Shown: positions 1-12,635, counted from the stretch's first letter. The stretch: DNA of 64,000 nt from Octopus vulgaris (GCA_951406725.2 OX597821.1:23126001-23190000), one strand, 5' to 3'. Translations and numbers: made by a program. Notes: generated from the sequence alone by a model not told the origin.

Positions 1-120
1 GAGCAACGTGAAATAAAGTGCCTTGCTCAAGAACACAACACGCAACCCGGTCCGGGATTCGAGCGCACAACCTCACGATCGTAAGCTCGACGCTCTAACC
101 ACTGAGCCATGCGCCTTCAC
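1..120 (-). mobile_element. tRNA-derived SINE head plus start of CORE-like domain (truncated by window edge)
   Basis: Reverse complement GTGAAGGCGCATGGCTCAGTGGTTAGAGCG...TCGAATCCC has A/B-box-like motifs, followed by TTCTTGAGCAAGGCACTTTATTTCACGTTGCTC shared with copies at 4816 and 27207. Confidence 0.8.
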
Positions 121-486
121 ATACATACATACATACATACATACATACATACATACATACATACATACATACATACATACATACATACATACATACATAC
201 ATACATACATACATACATACATACATACATACATACATACATACATACATACATACTTACATACATACATGTATGCATACATACATACATATATACATAC
301 TTATATACATGTATGCATACATACATACATACATACATACATACATACATACATACGTGCATACATACATACATACATACATACATACATACATACATAC
401 ATACATACATACATACATACATACATACATACATACATACATACATACATACATACATACATACATACATACATACATACATACAT
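119..486. repeat. (TACA)n microsatellite
   Basis: Direct reading; explains the HTYI/MYVC pseudo-ORFs. Confidence 0.98.
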
Positions 487-818
487 GGCTCATTGATGGG
501 AAGTTTGCAAATCCAGTTCCCAAGATACACTTTAAGCCTCGCACTCATTATTGGAGTAACAGAAGCAAAGTGTGGCTGAAATTGGAATCTTGGGGGAGAA
601 GATGCAAGTCTTTAATTTACACACAACAAATGATGACGATATCTGGGACTGTAGAATCTGCAAGACCTTCGAAAGATTTAAAGGATGATGGTGAAATCAT
701 GTTCTTTCCTTCACGACCTTGCAACCAAGTAGGCGGGCGGTTAAATTTAACCCTAAATCAAAAAGAGAAAGAGAAGAACATGCATACATGCATGTGTGTG
801 TGTGCGTGAGTGAGCGAG

Positions 819-860
<42 letters not shown>

Positions 861-1098
861 TAATAATAATAATAATAATAATAATAGTAAGGAGCATGGA
901 GACTTGTACATCCACTGTTTTTATGTTGCAGTTATATACAGCATATTACAATGACCTACACGTACTTCCACTGCAACGACTGCACATTGATGAAGAGGCA
1001 ACCTTACAATACTGTCAGTGAAATGTACTGTACATAAGTATAAAATAGAAATAGTGGCTGTACAAGTCTCCATACTCCTTCTTGTTGTTATTGTTTTT

Positions 1099-1629
1099 GA
1101 GTGAGAGAGCAGTTCATGCCATCAAAGTGACACTTGGGTAAAATATACGAAGCCCAGTATACCCATCATGACTACCCGTCTGATATGGGTACACTAGGCA
1201 CATGCATCACAACCATATGTGAACGACTTGGTGATTTCGTATCAAGACAAACAGTGCATGACCTTGCAGGTGGGGCCCAGTTAGAATTAGCGCATTCCGC
1301 TCAAAAGGTCCCTGAATAAGATTTGTTTAAGGATGTTTGAACGAAACACCCATGTTTCCAGAGGTGAATTATCGAAACCCCCAAAGAATTCCTTGCATGG
1401 CTATGATGTTCCCCCACTACTTCTGCTCGTGATCAGAGATGCACATATCGTCAGCCACTAAGGGACAACTGATTAAGGTCAAACAACTGACAAGCAAATC
1501 TGTGGTATTGAGCAGAATATTTGCTGTGGCCCATCTTTTATACCAAGACAAAACAATGTAGATGATAACACTTCCAATCAGTTAAGAAAAGAAGGCATGA
1601 AAACCACTGCTTAGTACTGCATCAGAGCA

Positions 1630-1630
<1 letters not shown>
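1099..1630 (-). mobile_element. ~550-bp non-coding interspersed repeat associated with (TAA)n tracts
   Basis: Reverse-complement match to 54042-54597; deleted copy at 6229-6410; partial copy near 45460-45607; abuts (ATT)n at 1631-1690. Strand assigned by analogy with Dong orientation. Confidence 0.8.
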
Positions 1631-1690
<60 letters not shown>

Positions 1691-2212
1691 TGCATTAGCA
1701 TCTTTCAATTCAGTTTCCATTTCTTTCCAAGTGTCTTCCTGACCCCTAAGGCAGAGAAACGTACTGTATACATTGGTAGGTCATTAAAATAAACACACCA
1801 GATTGTTCATTTACAAAGTCAATTGATAGAGAAAAAGGAGAAGACAGAGAATAAAAGGAAAAAAAGTAAACAAACAAAATAAAGAGGAAAAATGAAAGAA
1901 AATTCACAGCAACAATATTCGGCACTGTCATGCCTTTGGATGTCAGAAGTGAAAGTAGAGAAATCTGACGTCAGACGTCAACTTCGTGTATTTACGTCGT
2001 CTTTCGTTTATTTACGCTTTAATTTACGCCGTTTATTTACGTACCACCACGGTAGGTAAGTAACGCGTGTGAATGTAAAAATCAAATATATCAAATTAAT
2101 AAACGCAAATTATTTAGAATGTAAAAATCAAATATATCAAATTAATAAACGCAAATTATTTAGAATGTAAAAATCAAATATATCAAATTAATAAACGCAA
2201 ATTATTTTCAAA

Positions 2213-2953
2213 ATACTTTTTTTCCCTACTTCACTCATGCTAGCTCCACACGATGTACATATTTTCTGGGTATTCAAAAGGCCATGTCTCTTAAGCCAAT
2301 TAATGCTATCTGCTGTTGTAGCAGTGGAGACGGCAATATCGCGGTGACTAATTCCTCTTAAACTTGGATATGCAAAAGCCATATTAAAAATTGTTTAGCA
2401 CGTGTTGATATCACACTGAAAGTTTCTAACTGAATAAATTTCAAAGTTTGAATTACGCACGTGGTGGTCAGTGGTCATTCTGATTGGTGTATGTAATCGC
2501 GGTGATGGTCATGGGGGTTCATTTGTGCAGATTTTGGTGTGATTTCTTTTTTAAAAACAATAATGAATAATGCAAGAATATATTTATTCTTGCATTATTC
2601 ATTATTGTTTTTAAAAAAAGAAATCACACCAAAATCTGCACAAATGAACCCCCATGACCATCACCGCGATTACATACACCAATCAGAATGACCACTGACC
2701 ACCACGTGCGTAATTCAAACTTTGAAATTTATTCAGTTAGAAACTTTCAGTGTGATATCAACACGTGCTAAACAATTTTTAATATGGCTTTTGCATATCC
2801 AAGTTTAAGAGGAATTAGTCACCGCGATATTGCCGTCTCCACTGCTACAACAGCAGATAGCATTAATTGGCTTAAGAGACATGGCCTTTTGAATACCCAG
2901 AAAATATGTACATCGTGTGGAGCTAGCATGAGTGAAGTAGGGAAAAAAAGTAT
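2213..2953. repeat. Long near-perfect palindrome (arms 2213-2580 and 2585-2953, 4-nt loop)
   Basis: Arms read as reverse complements apart from one homopolymer indel; yields minus ORF 2188-2382 whose first 56 aa match the transposase N-terminus. Confidence 0.95.
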
Positions 2954-3689
2954 ATCTGATGAAGTAATATGGTCGTGTGGAAGGCCTTGTAGAAAATCCG
3001 TGTCAATTAGAAAAGGAACATTTTTAGAAAATAGCAAATTGAAGTGTCAACAAATCATAGATATTTTGTTTTACTGGGCCAAAGAAGATTTAGCAAAAGG
3101 AATAGGACAGGAATGTCATTTAGCAAATGTAGCCGTGACAGATTGGAGGAATTTTTGCCGCGATGTATGTGCAGAATATTATGTTGCACAGAATATTAAG
3201 CTGGGAGGACCCAACAGAATCGTAGAGATAGATAAAACCGCGTTTGTTAGGAGAAAATATCATGTTGGCCATCGGGTTAAAACGCAGTGGGTGTTTGGTG
3301 CTTTAGAAAGAGATACCAGAAGATGTATTTTAGTGGCAGTGGAAGATCGGACAGCGGACACTCTTTTACAGATTATACGAGAGCGTATATTGCCTGGTAC
3401 AACAATAATTTCCGACCTTTGGCGTTCGTATAATACACTCAGTCAGCTAGGATACAGACATTTGACCGTGAATCATTCAATAAATTTTGTTGATCCGGTA
3501 ACATTTGCCACAACCAACCACATAGAATGTTTATGGAAACACGTAAAGACTCGAAATAGAAGAGAATGTGGAACAGCCAGAAATTTACTTCAGACCCATC
3601 TCATCGAATTCATGTGGCGCTATGAATTTAAGGACGATATATTCGGGAAGTCGATAGAGCAAATTCGACAGCTATATCCATGTGTTTGA
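2784..3689 (+). CDS. Merlin/ISXO2-like DDE transposase, 301 aa, uninterrupted
   Basis: N-terminal zinc ribbon (CTSC...C..PC.K.VSIRKGTF), GGPNRIVEID, QWVFG, TTIISDLWRSY, HLTVNHS, TNHIECLW. Confidence 0.92.
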   Translation: MAFAYPSLRGISHRDIAVSTATTADSINWLKRHGLLNTQKICTSCGASMSEVGKKSISDEVIWSCGRPCRKSVSIRKGTFLENSKLKCQQIIDILFYWAKEDLAKGIGQECHLANVAVTDWRNFCRDVCAEYYVAQNIKLGGPNRIVEIDKTAFVRRKYHVGHRVKTQWVFGALERDTRRCILVAVEDRTADTLLQIIRERILPGTTIISDLWRSYNTLSQLGYRHLTVNHSINFVDPVTFATTNHIECLWKHVKTRNRRECGTARNLLQTHLIEFMWRYEFKDDIFGKSIEQIRQLYPCV

Positions 3690-4815
3690 GCATAAGTATC
3701 AAGACAGAATGAGTATCGCATTTATTTTTAAACTTAACTTCAAGTTTATATTTTGATAATCTCACCGTTGAAAATGATATTTGAAAATAATTTGCGTTTA
3801 TTAATTTGATATATTTGATTTTTACATTCTAAATAATTTGCGTTTTTTAATTTGATATATTTGATTTTTACATTCTAAATAATTTGCGTTTTTTAATTTG
3901 ATATATTTACACGCGTTTTTGATTTTGCGTAAATTATACGGAAAGAAACGAAGATGGACGAGAAAAAGTGTGACGTCAAAATGACGTCAGATTTTTCTTC
4001 TTTCACTTCTGACATCCAAAGGCATGACAGTGCCCAATATTCTTCTCAATACGTGTGACGTACCATTTAAGACGTCTTTTGCACTTCCTGCATGAATGGT
4101 AAGCCAGGGATCATTCTTAAATAATTTTCAGTTCCTTTTTTTTATCATTCCAAGTGCTCCTACAATTACTGGTATTGTAACTGTCTTGAGATGCCACATC
4201 TTTTCGATTTCGATTAGCAAATGTTTATATTTTCTGAGCTTATCAAATTCTTTTGCCGAGATATTATGTTCACACGGTATGCTCATGTCAATCAATAAAC
4301 AAACTTTATTGTTTTGGTCTTTCACTACAATATCTTATTTATTTGCTTTGATGGTCCGGGTTAAGTCCCAAATAATATTTACATTTTCTCCCTCAGTTAC
4401 AGCCCCAGGGTGGTGCTTGTACAATTTGTCGGCAATTCTGATTTTATAATGCCGGCACATTATCCAATGTAGATATTGACCAACTCTGTCATGTCATGAT
4501 TTCTACTCTACAGGTGCTAAAACTTCACAACCAGAGATTAGGTGGTCCACTGTTTCTATCCTATCGTTGCAGTATCAACACTTTGGGTCTACACCATGTT
4601 TCATCATATTGACTTGATAGTTCTGGGTCAATAAGCTCTGGACAGCCAAGATGAAAAATTTCACTCTCTGCCTTTAGCCCTGAAGTCCGTAGCCACGGAT
4701 GGGCGTGCTTCTGATCTACATCAGTATGTTTGCTACGGGTCACATATTTGCCATGCAGAGGTTTTTGTTCCCACCTATCAACCAATTGTTCAGACGCATT
4801 TTACGTTGCTATTAA

Positions 4816-5145
4816 GTGAGGGCGCGTGGCTTAGTGGTTAGGGCATTCGGCTCATGATCGTAAGGTTGTAAGTTCGATTCCCGGCGACGCGTTGTGTCCT
4901 TGAGCAAGACACTTTATTTCACGTTGCTCCAGTCCACTCAGCTGGCAAAAATGAGTTATACCTGTATTTCAAAGGGCCAGCCTTGTCACACTCTGTGTCA
5001 CGCTGAATCTCCTTGCGAACTACGTTAAGGGTACACGTGTCTGTGGAATGCTCAGCCATTTGTATGTTAATTTCACGAGCAAGCTGTTTGTTCCGTTGAT
5101 CGTATCAGCTGGGACTCTCGTCGTCGTAACCGACGGAGTGCTCCT
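4816..5145 (+). mobile_element. tRNA-derived CORE-like SINE (octopus OR-type by inference)
   Basis: GGCGCGTGGCTTAGTGGTTAGGGC...GTTCGATTCCC head, CORE-like TGTGTCCTTGAGCAAGACACTT, tail shared with 12938-13322. Confidence 0.85.
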
Positions 5146-5345
5146 ACTACTTTGCTTTTGATCTCCGCTTCTTAGCAACTACGGTTGCTACACTTCCACA
5201 TGGGTACAATGCATAAACTTACTTGAAAATGTTTGCTCTACTTCACCACAGAATGAATCTTCTTACGTCTTTCATGGTTTTCAAAGGGCTTTAGCATTCA
5301 GTCGTTAGATGTTCCAAGATATTTTGCCAATCCTTTTGTGGTTTT

Positions 5346-5693
5346 CTAGTGAGGCTGAAGCGAACCTCGCGGTGTCGCCCACGTGGACGTAGGAGCGATC
5401 GATGCCCGCCTTTGCCCGCCTTCGTCCGCCTTCGCCCGCCTCTTCACGCCCGCCTTTTGAAGCTCGCCTTCGTCCTCCTTCGCCCGCAGCTCCGCCGCGC
5501 TACCGTGCCCGATCTAGTGAGGCTGAAGCGAACCTCGCGGTGTCGCCCACGTACACGTGGACGTAGGCGCGATCGATGCCCGCTTTTTCCCGCCTTCGCC
5601 CGCCTTTTGAAGCTCGCCTTCGTCCGCCTTCGCCCGCCTCTGGACGTCCGCCTCTTCACGCCCGCCTTTTGAAGCTCGACTTCGCCCGCAGCT
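5346..5693. repeat. GC-rich tandem repeat, about 2 copies of a 168-bp unit built from CCGCCTT-like subrepeats
   Basis: CTAGTGAGGCTGAAGCGAACCTCGCGGTGTCGCCCAC at 5346 and 5514. Confidence 0.9.
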
Positions 5694-6228
5694 TTCAAAT
5701 TTTATCAAGCCTCGATCTCCTTGAGATCTGGGTAGGTAAAAACGATCTGCATCTGCCTTTGGGTGGTGCATTTTATTGCAAGTCAGCAGCTTACGGATTT
5801 TCCTGTCATTCTTCCTTATTTCGCTAATATTTCATATCAACTCATTGAAACTGTAAATAACAACTGGAAGTGCAAAGCAATTTATTTCTAAAACCTTGTT
5901 ACGTGCATTTAATTCGGATTTTAGGACTGCTCGAACTCTCCTGTGACATTCCTTCCTGATCTTCCCTTTCAAACTTGCATGTTGAATGCCAGAACCTTCG
6001 TTTATTCCGAGGTATTTGTAAGTTTGTTCCTGCTCGAATTCTTTTATGTCTGTGTCAACATCCAACACCACTGAATGTGAGGTCTTCAATTTTCCTCTCT
6101 GGAAAGTGGCCTTGGCACATTTATCAAGACCAAATTCCATCCCGATGTCATCACTGAATTCTTTCGCAGTACGTAATAGTTCTTCAAGTTCATTATCGTC
6201 TTTGCCATAGAATTTTATTATTATCATT

Positions 6229-6408
6229 GGGTGAGAGAGCAGCGCATGCCATTAGAGTGACACTGGAGTACAACTATACGAGGCCTAATATACCTATCAT
6301 GTTTGCTGTGGCCCATCTTTTATATCAAGATGAAACATGTACATGATAACACTTCCAATCAGTTAAGATCAAAAGCCACGAGACTCACTGCCTAGTACTG
6401 CATCAGGG

Positions 6409-6410
<2 letters not shown>
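6229..6410 (-). mobile_element. Internally deleted copy of the (TAA)n-associated 550-bp repeat
   Basis: Both termini match 1099-1630; flanked by ATT repeats. Confidence 0.75.
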
Positions 6411-6464
<54 letters not shown>

Positions 6465-6483
6465 ATTATTATTATTATTATTA

Positions 6484-6514
<31 letters not shown>

Positions 6515-6569
6515 CATTATTATTATTATTATTATTATTATCATTATTATTATTATTATTATTATTATT

Positions 6570-6881
6570 CAGTAGTTTTATTTTTATAGCGTGCTTTCAC
6601 TTCACTACCGAGCGCAACTCTGTGTGCCTTGGGTATATGCTGTGATTTGTTGTGATGCTCTGATGGTTATTGTATGGAAAGTGTTCTGCGTAGGATGTGT
6701 GCAGTGCCTAGTAGTGCAATTTTCTGTATGTTATATGTGTTTGTAAGTCCTGGTGTTTTTGTTATGTATTTGTCTGAATACTTTTTTATCATGCCTAATG
6801 TACCTACTATGATAGGAATTGTTTCTGTTTTTAGATTCCACATTCTGGTTACCTCTATTTCCAGGTCTTTGTATTTTGAAA
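6570..6881 (-). mobile_element. 5'-truncated Dong/R4 3' end inserted in (TAA)n
   Basis: Minus peptide KYKDLEIEVTRMWNLKTETIPIIVGTLGMIKK...QKIALLGTAHILRRTLS*, short 3' UTR, ATT repeats on both sides. Confidence 0.85.
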
Positions 6882-6898
6882 ATTATTATTATTATTAT

Positions 6899-6955
<57 letters not shown>

Positions 6956-6998
6956 CAGCAGCAGCAGCAGCAGTAGTAGTAGCAGCAGCAGCAGTAGC

Positions 6999-7044
<46 letters not shown>

Positions 7045-7442
7045 TACTCTGTAAGGAACTTTTACAGTTCTGATTCGGGTACAACGAATTACCGAACGGG
7101 AGAATTTATTGGTGACTAACAACTCATTGCAAGCACCGTCATTGGAAATATATATATTTACCCCCAAGGACATTGAGAATGTATTCTCTTACGTCTAAAA
7201 ACTCAGCTGCCCAACAAACTAACTCTGTGTGTGTGTGTGTGTACATGTACAAGTGCCTACACATATATTGAACGCGATAGGCATATCAGGCAGGGTTATG
7301 ATTCATATAAGGGGGCATTACTCTTGCTAACCTATTACTCAAGTGTGTACATCAATAAAATGAAAATACCAGACCAAAATAATTATTGGCTTCGACATAC
7401 ATGAGAGATACATCCTAGAGTGCTTAAGTCTGAATGCACAGA

Positions 7443-7478
<36 letters not shown>

Positions 7479-7495
7479 TGGCTTTGCGTCTATAT

Positions 7496-7757
7496 CAGTG
7501 GTTTTCACCTCAGGCCCATTTATGGCCCTTGGCGTCGGGGTCCATATATGATTTTGGTGCTTAAAATTTATCTACAATAAATTGTTTATACTTCTACAAT
7601 ACACAAATTATTTCAAACAAATTCTTTTTATACAATTTCTAATAACATTTAATAATAAAAAATATAAGAATTTTTCGGCATCAAATGGCTAGGAAGGTCC
7701 ATCTCAGTAAAATAGGAATCAAAGGGATCCATTAAAAAAAATGGTTCAGAAACACTG
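7496..7757. mobile_element. hAT (Charlie-like) MITE
   Basis: CAGTGGTTTTCA...AGAAACACTG termini; imperfect 8-bp TSD GTCTATAT/GTCTGTAT. Confidence 0.7.
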
Positions 7758-7968
7758 GTCTGTATATGTGTCACTTGTGAACCCAGGTTATCGCAGAAGA
7801 GAATCGTTCTAAGGGAGACACATTTTGGTAAAAGGAAAAATATATTTGCTCATTAGATTTTGAATTAAACGGAGGACATTTAAAAGCGTAAAGTTTTTTT
7901 TTATTCACCTAAACGTCAACACTGAAGTGAAAGATCAAATAAAATACATATCAGAATATATACAAATA

Positions 7969-8131
7969 GGCGCAGGAGTGGCTGTGTGGTAAGTAGCTTG
8001 CTAACCAACCACATGGTTCCGGGTTCAGTCCCACTGCGTGGCATCTTGGGCAAGTGTCTTCTGCTATAGCCCCGGGCCGACCAATGCCTTGTGAGTGGAT
8101 TTGGTAGACGGAAACTGAAAGAACTCTGTCG

Positions 8132-8220
<89 letters not shown>

Positions 8221-8445
8221 TATATGTTTGTGTGTCTGTGTTTGTCCCCCTAGCATTGCTTGACAACCGATGCTGGTGTGTTTAAGTCTCCGTCACTTAG
8301 CGGTTCGGCAAAAGAGACCGATAGAATAAGTACTGGGCTTACAAAGAATAAGTACCGGGGTCGAGTTGCTCGACTAAAGGTGGTGCTCCAGCATGGCCGC
8401 AGTCAAATGACTGAAACAAGTAAAAGAGTAAAAGAGAGTGTAAGA
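7969..8445 (+). mobile_element. Abundant SINE with internal (TA)n(TG)n tract (family A)
   Basis: GGCGCAGGAGTGGCTGTGTGGTAAGTAGCTTG...GGGTTCAGTCCC head, ends ACAAGTAAAAGAG; about 15 copies in the window. Confidence 0.9.
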
Positions 8446-9588
8446 GTAAATCATTTATTAAAGAAGATATAAGTTAATTAAAAAAAAAACATTTTTCGTG
8501 TTAAGTGTTAAGTCGCATGCCTTGGAACCAATTACAGACGTAAGTCGAGGTATACCTGTACTTATATTTCCTAGTTTTATTTGTTTGCCATGTGAGGTAA
8601 TATGAGGTCATGTATTGAGACTGGAATAATTAAGGGATCTTTTCTATTTGGCTACCGGCGTCAATTTCTGTTCGAATTGATTTCATATTTTGTGTAATGA
8701 TACACTTTTATAGGCTAATGAATTACGTGAAAATCTTTTTTGCTATAAATCAATAATAAATAGTTATTAGCAATTAAAGTTTGAAAATTTTGGGTAATTT
8801 TAGCAAATCGTAAACCACAGACAGTCATGCCTGTTTTCATAGTAGCAAGAGGAACATGAGAACTCTTTTGTCTGCGTGAAAGCAAGTGTTGACAAATATA
8901 GTGAAACCACTTGTTGAGGCTATCTTCTACTGTTTTATCCACCTGGAAATTTTACCGATCTGTTTGATTATGGCAGCATGCTCCGGTAACCTTGCGTCTA
9001 TGACGGAGACACTGAGAACAAAGGTGGATGTTGTAACTACAAGAAAAGGCTGTTATACCCAAAAGAAAATTATGTAAAAGGAAGAAGCGTGTTAAGAGCA
9101 CAAGGAAACGCGGTAGGCATGTGTACTGGCCAAGAATGCACGAAGTCTGTGTCAGTGAGGAAAGACACATGGTCCTTTTAGGACTGTATGGCTTTTCCTT
9201 CACTCATGGATTAAGGAATTGACTTCAGTCTGGTTTTGTGTTGAAGAACTGGGCATGAACCATTGCACAGCTGTTGGTTACAACAGCTATGTTAGGGAAA
9301 TATGTGCGGGGGACTTGCTTCGTCATCCACTTCAAGTTGGTGCTAAAAATGATAGCTAAATAACATTTAGTCACGCACAAAAGGACAGCTTCCAAATCCT
9401 GTTTCTGGACTGGGTGAAAAATGATCAAACTTTAAACTTCAATAACTTCTTAAAAACATTTTTTCTGGAAAAAGTGAAATAACTCCAGCAATTCAGCTTG
9501 GAAAATTTCATTAATGAGCCAAATTTTTAAATTTTCGATAAACTTTTGAAATGCTGGCAGCCAAAAAAAAAAAAAAAAAATCCCAATA

Positions 9589-9848
<260 letters not shown>

Positions 9849-9967
9849 AGGTACTACTATTAGTAGATACCAACACGCTAAGAGGGACCAATGCGGTCAA
9901 AACTACTAAAAATAAACAAAATATTACCGAATGCAAAACTTCAAAACACATTTTAAAAAAGAATTCA

Positions 9968-10031
9968 GTTACATATCACATGTGATTTCGCATTTAATGC
10001 AGAATATGCATTTCATGTTCGTCAGTGCAAC
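9968..10031 (-). ncRNA. Type I hammerhead ribozyme motif, copy 1
   Basis: Minus strand GUUGCA-CUGACGA-stem II (AAUGCA/UGCAUU)-GAAA-UCACAUGUG-AUA-UGUAAC; stem I GUUGCA/UGUAAC; palindromic stem III. Confidence 0.75.
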
Positions 10032-10464
10032 AAACTCAAGAGATATAAGAAAAAACATAACATTACAAACTCGATAGCCAACCGTAGAATTCATCGTAGC
10101 ATGTACGAATGTTTATCCTTACATATCTATGAAAATGGCGGGCTTTTTCGCAATGCATTTCGGTAACAAATTGCCTAGTCGGAATAAAAATTCAGTATTG
10201 AACTATTCCGGTGAAAAATATAAATTAACAATTGAGGATAAAGTCTTTAAAAGAAATTATCAGTAGTCAGCGTGAAAAACCTCGTAAGAGAAAAAATCCG
10301 TAAATTCTTCCTCTTCGAAAATATTCATTTATATTATAATGAGGGTACTACTATTAGTAGATACCAACACGCTAAGAGGGACCAATGCGGTCAAAACTAC
10401 TAAAAATAAACAAAATATTACCGAATGCAAAACTTCAAAACACATCATTTTAAAAAAGAATTCA

Positions 10465-10528
10465 GTTACATATCACATGTGATTTCGCATTTAATGCAGA
10501 ATATGCATTTCATGTTCGTCAGTGCAAC
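10465..10528 (-). ncRNA. Type I hammerhead ribozyme motif, copy 2
   Basis: Identical to 9968-10031, offset 497 bp. Confidence 0.75.
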
Positions 10529-11185
10529 AAACTCAAGAGATATAAGAAAAAACATAACATTACAAACTCGATAGCCAACCGTAGAATTCATCGTAGCATG
10601 TACGAATGTTTATCCTTACATATCTATGAAAATGACTTTATCCTCAATTGTTAATTTATATTTTTCACCGGAATTGTTCAATACTGAATTTTTATTCCGA
10701 CTAGGCAATTTGTTACCGAAAAGCATTGCGAAAAAGCCCGCCATTTTCATAGATATGTAAGGATAAACATTCGTACAAAACCCGTCAAAGGGCGGAGGAA
10801 CTCTTGAGAGTCAATGGCCATCCAATAAATGTCTTAAGGCAGTATCATGCGCGGGGACATAGAAATAATCGGACTGAATACCCGATCGCGCGGTTAAACC
10901 ATTGGGAGTGAAGGACTCCCAGCCTTTGTTAGGGCATCCTTCAGGGAGAAGGTAACTCAGTTAACTGGGATAACTCCGACATAAAACCTGCAGCTCAGTG
11001 GTTACCGATGATGTTGACTTGTTCTTCTTTTCGGATTATGGCTGCTGTTGCTTAGTGAGTAGGATTGACTCAGTGCACAGCCTTTCCCAAACTTACAAAA
11101 AATCTTCTTGCACAGGCATTGCACGATAACAACATTGATTAAGCTTCGTGCAATGGCCATACTCGATAACGACGGGGCAGCCAAC

Positions 11186-12635
<1,450 letters not shown>

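Larger units (their letters stand above)
1921..4034 (+). mobile_element. Merlin (IS1016/IS1595-like) DNA transposon
   Basis: TIR GGCACTGTCATGCCTTTGGATGTCAGAAGTGAAAG at 1921, inverted copy ending 4034; 8-bp TSD CAATATTC (1913-1920, 4035-4042); 46-bp subterminal tandem repeats at both ends. Confidence 0.95.
1691..6215 (-). mobile_element. Degraded Dong/R4-clade (restriction-like endonuclease) non-LTR retrotransposon, 3' half, interrupted by Merlin, a SINE and a GC-rich insert
   Basis: Minus-strand peptides FSDDIGMEFGLDKCAK...YKYLGI (5832-6227), MHHPKADADRFYLPRSQGDRGLI (near 5771), WEQKPLHGKY (near 4785), CLLIDMSIPCEHNISAKEFDKLRKYKHLLIEIEKMW...IPVIVGALG (4128-4325); ends in (TAA)n at 1690. Confidence 0.85.
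9850..10777 (-). mobile_element. Penelope pLTR/retrozyme-like insertion: direct repeats plus inverted 5' segment
   Basis: Direct repeats 9850-10137 and 10344-10634; 10634-10777 is the inverse of about 10102-10245; abuts (TA)n; carries two hammerhead motifs. Confidence 0.75.

Noticed and set aside
23-809. Long ORFs of HTYI/MYVC/YI repeats here and throughout the window
   Set aside because: Translations of (TACA)n, (TA)n, (CA)n and (GA)n microsatellites that lack stop codons
2072-2210. Regular 46-bp repeats resembling a CRISPR array
   Set aside because: Head-to-tail with no spacers; subterminal repeats of the Merlin element in a eukaryotic context
4816-4890. tRNA-like sequences (also near 1-120, 12938, 27207)
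   Set aside because: They continue into SINE bodies and lack a complete cloverleaf; SINE heads, not tRNA genes
5349-5698. Arg/Pro-rich ORFs on both strands
   Set aside because: By-product of the GC-rich tandem repeat; no domain similarity recognised
8560-9560. Possible old DNA transposon sharing an end with about 14920-15140
   Set aside because: Similarity is visible but I could not establish TIRs, TSD or protein motifs
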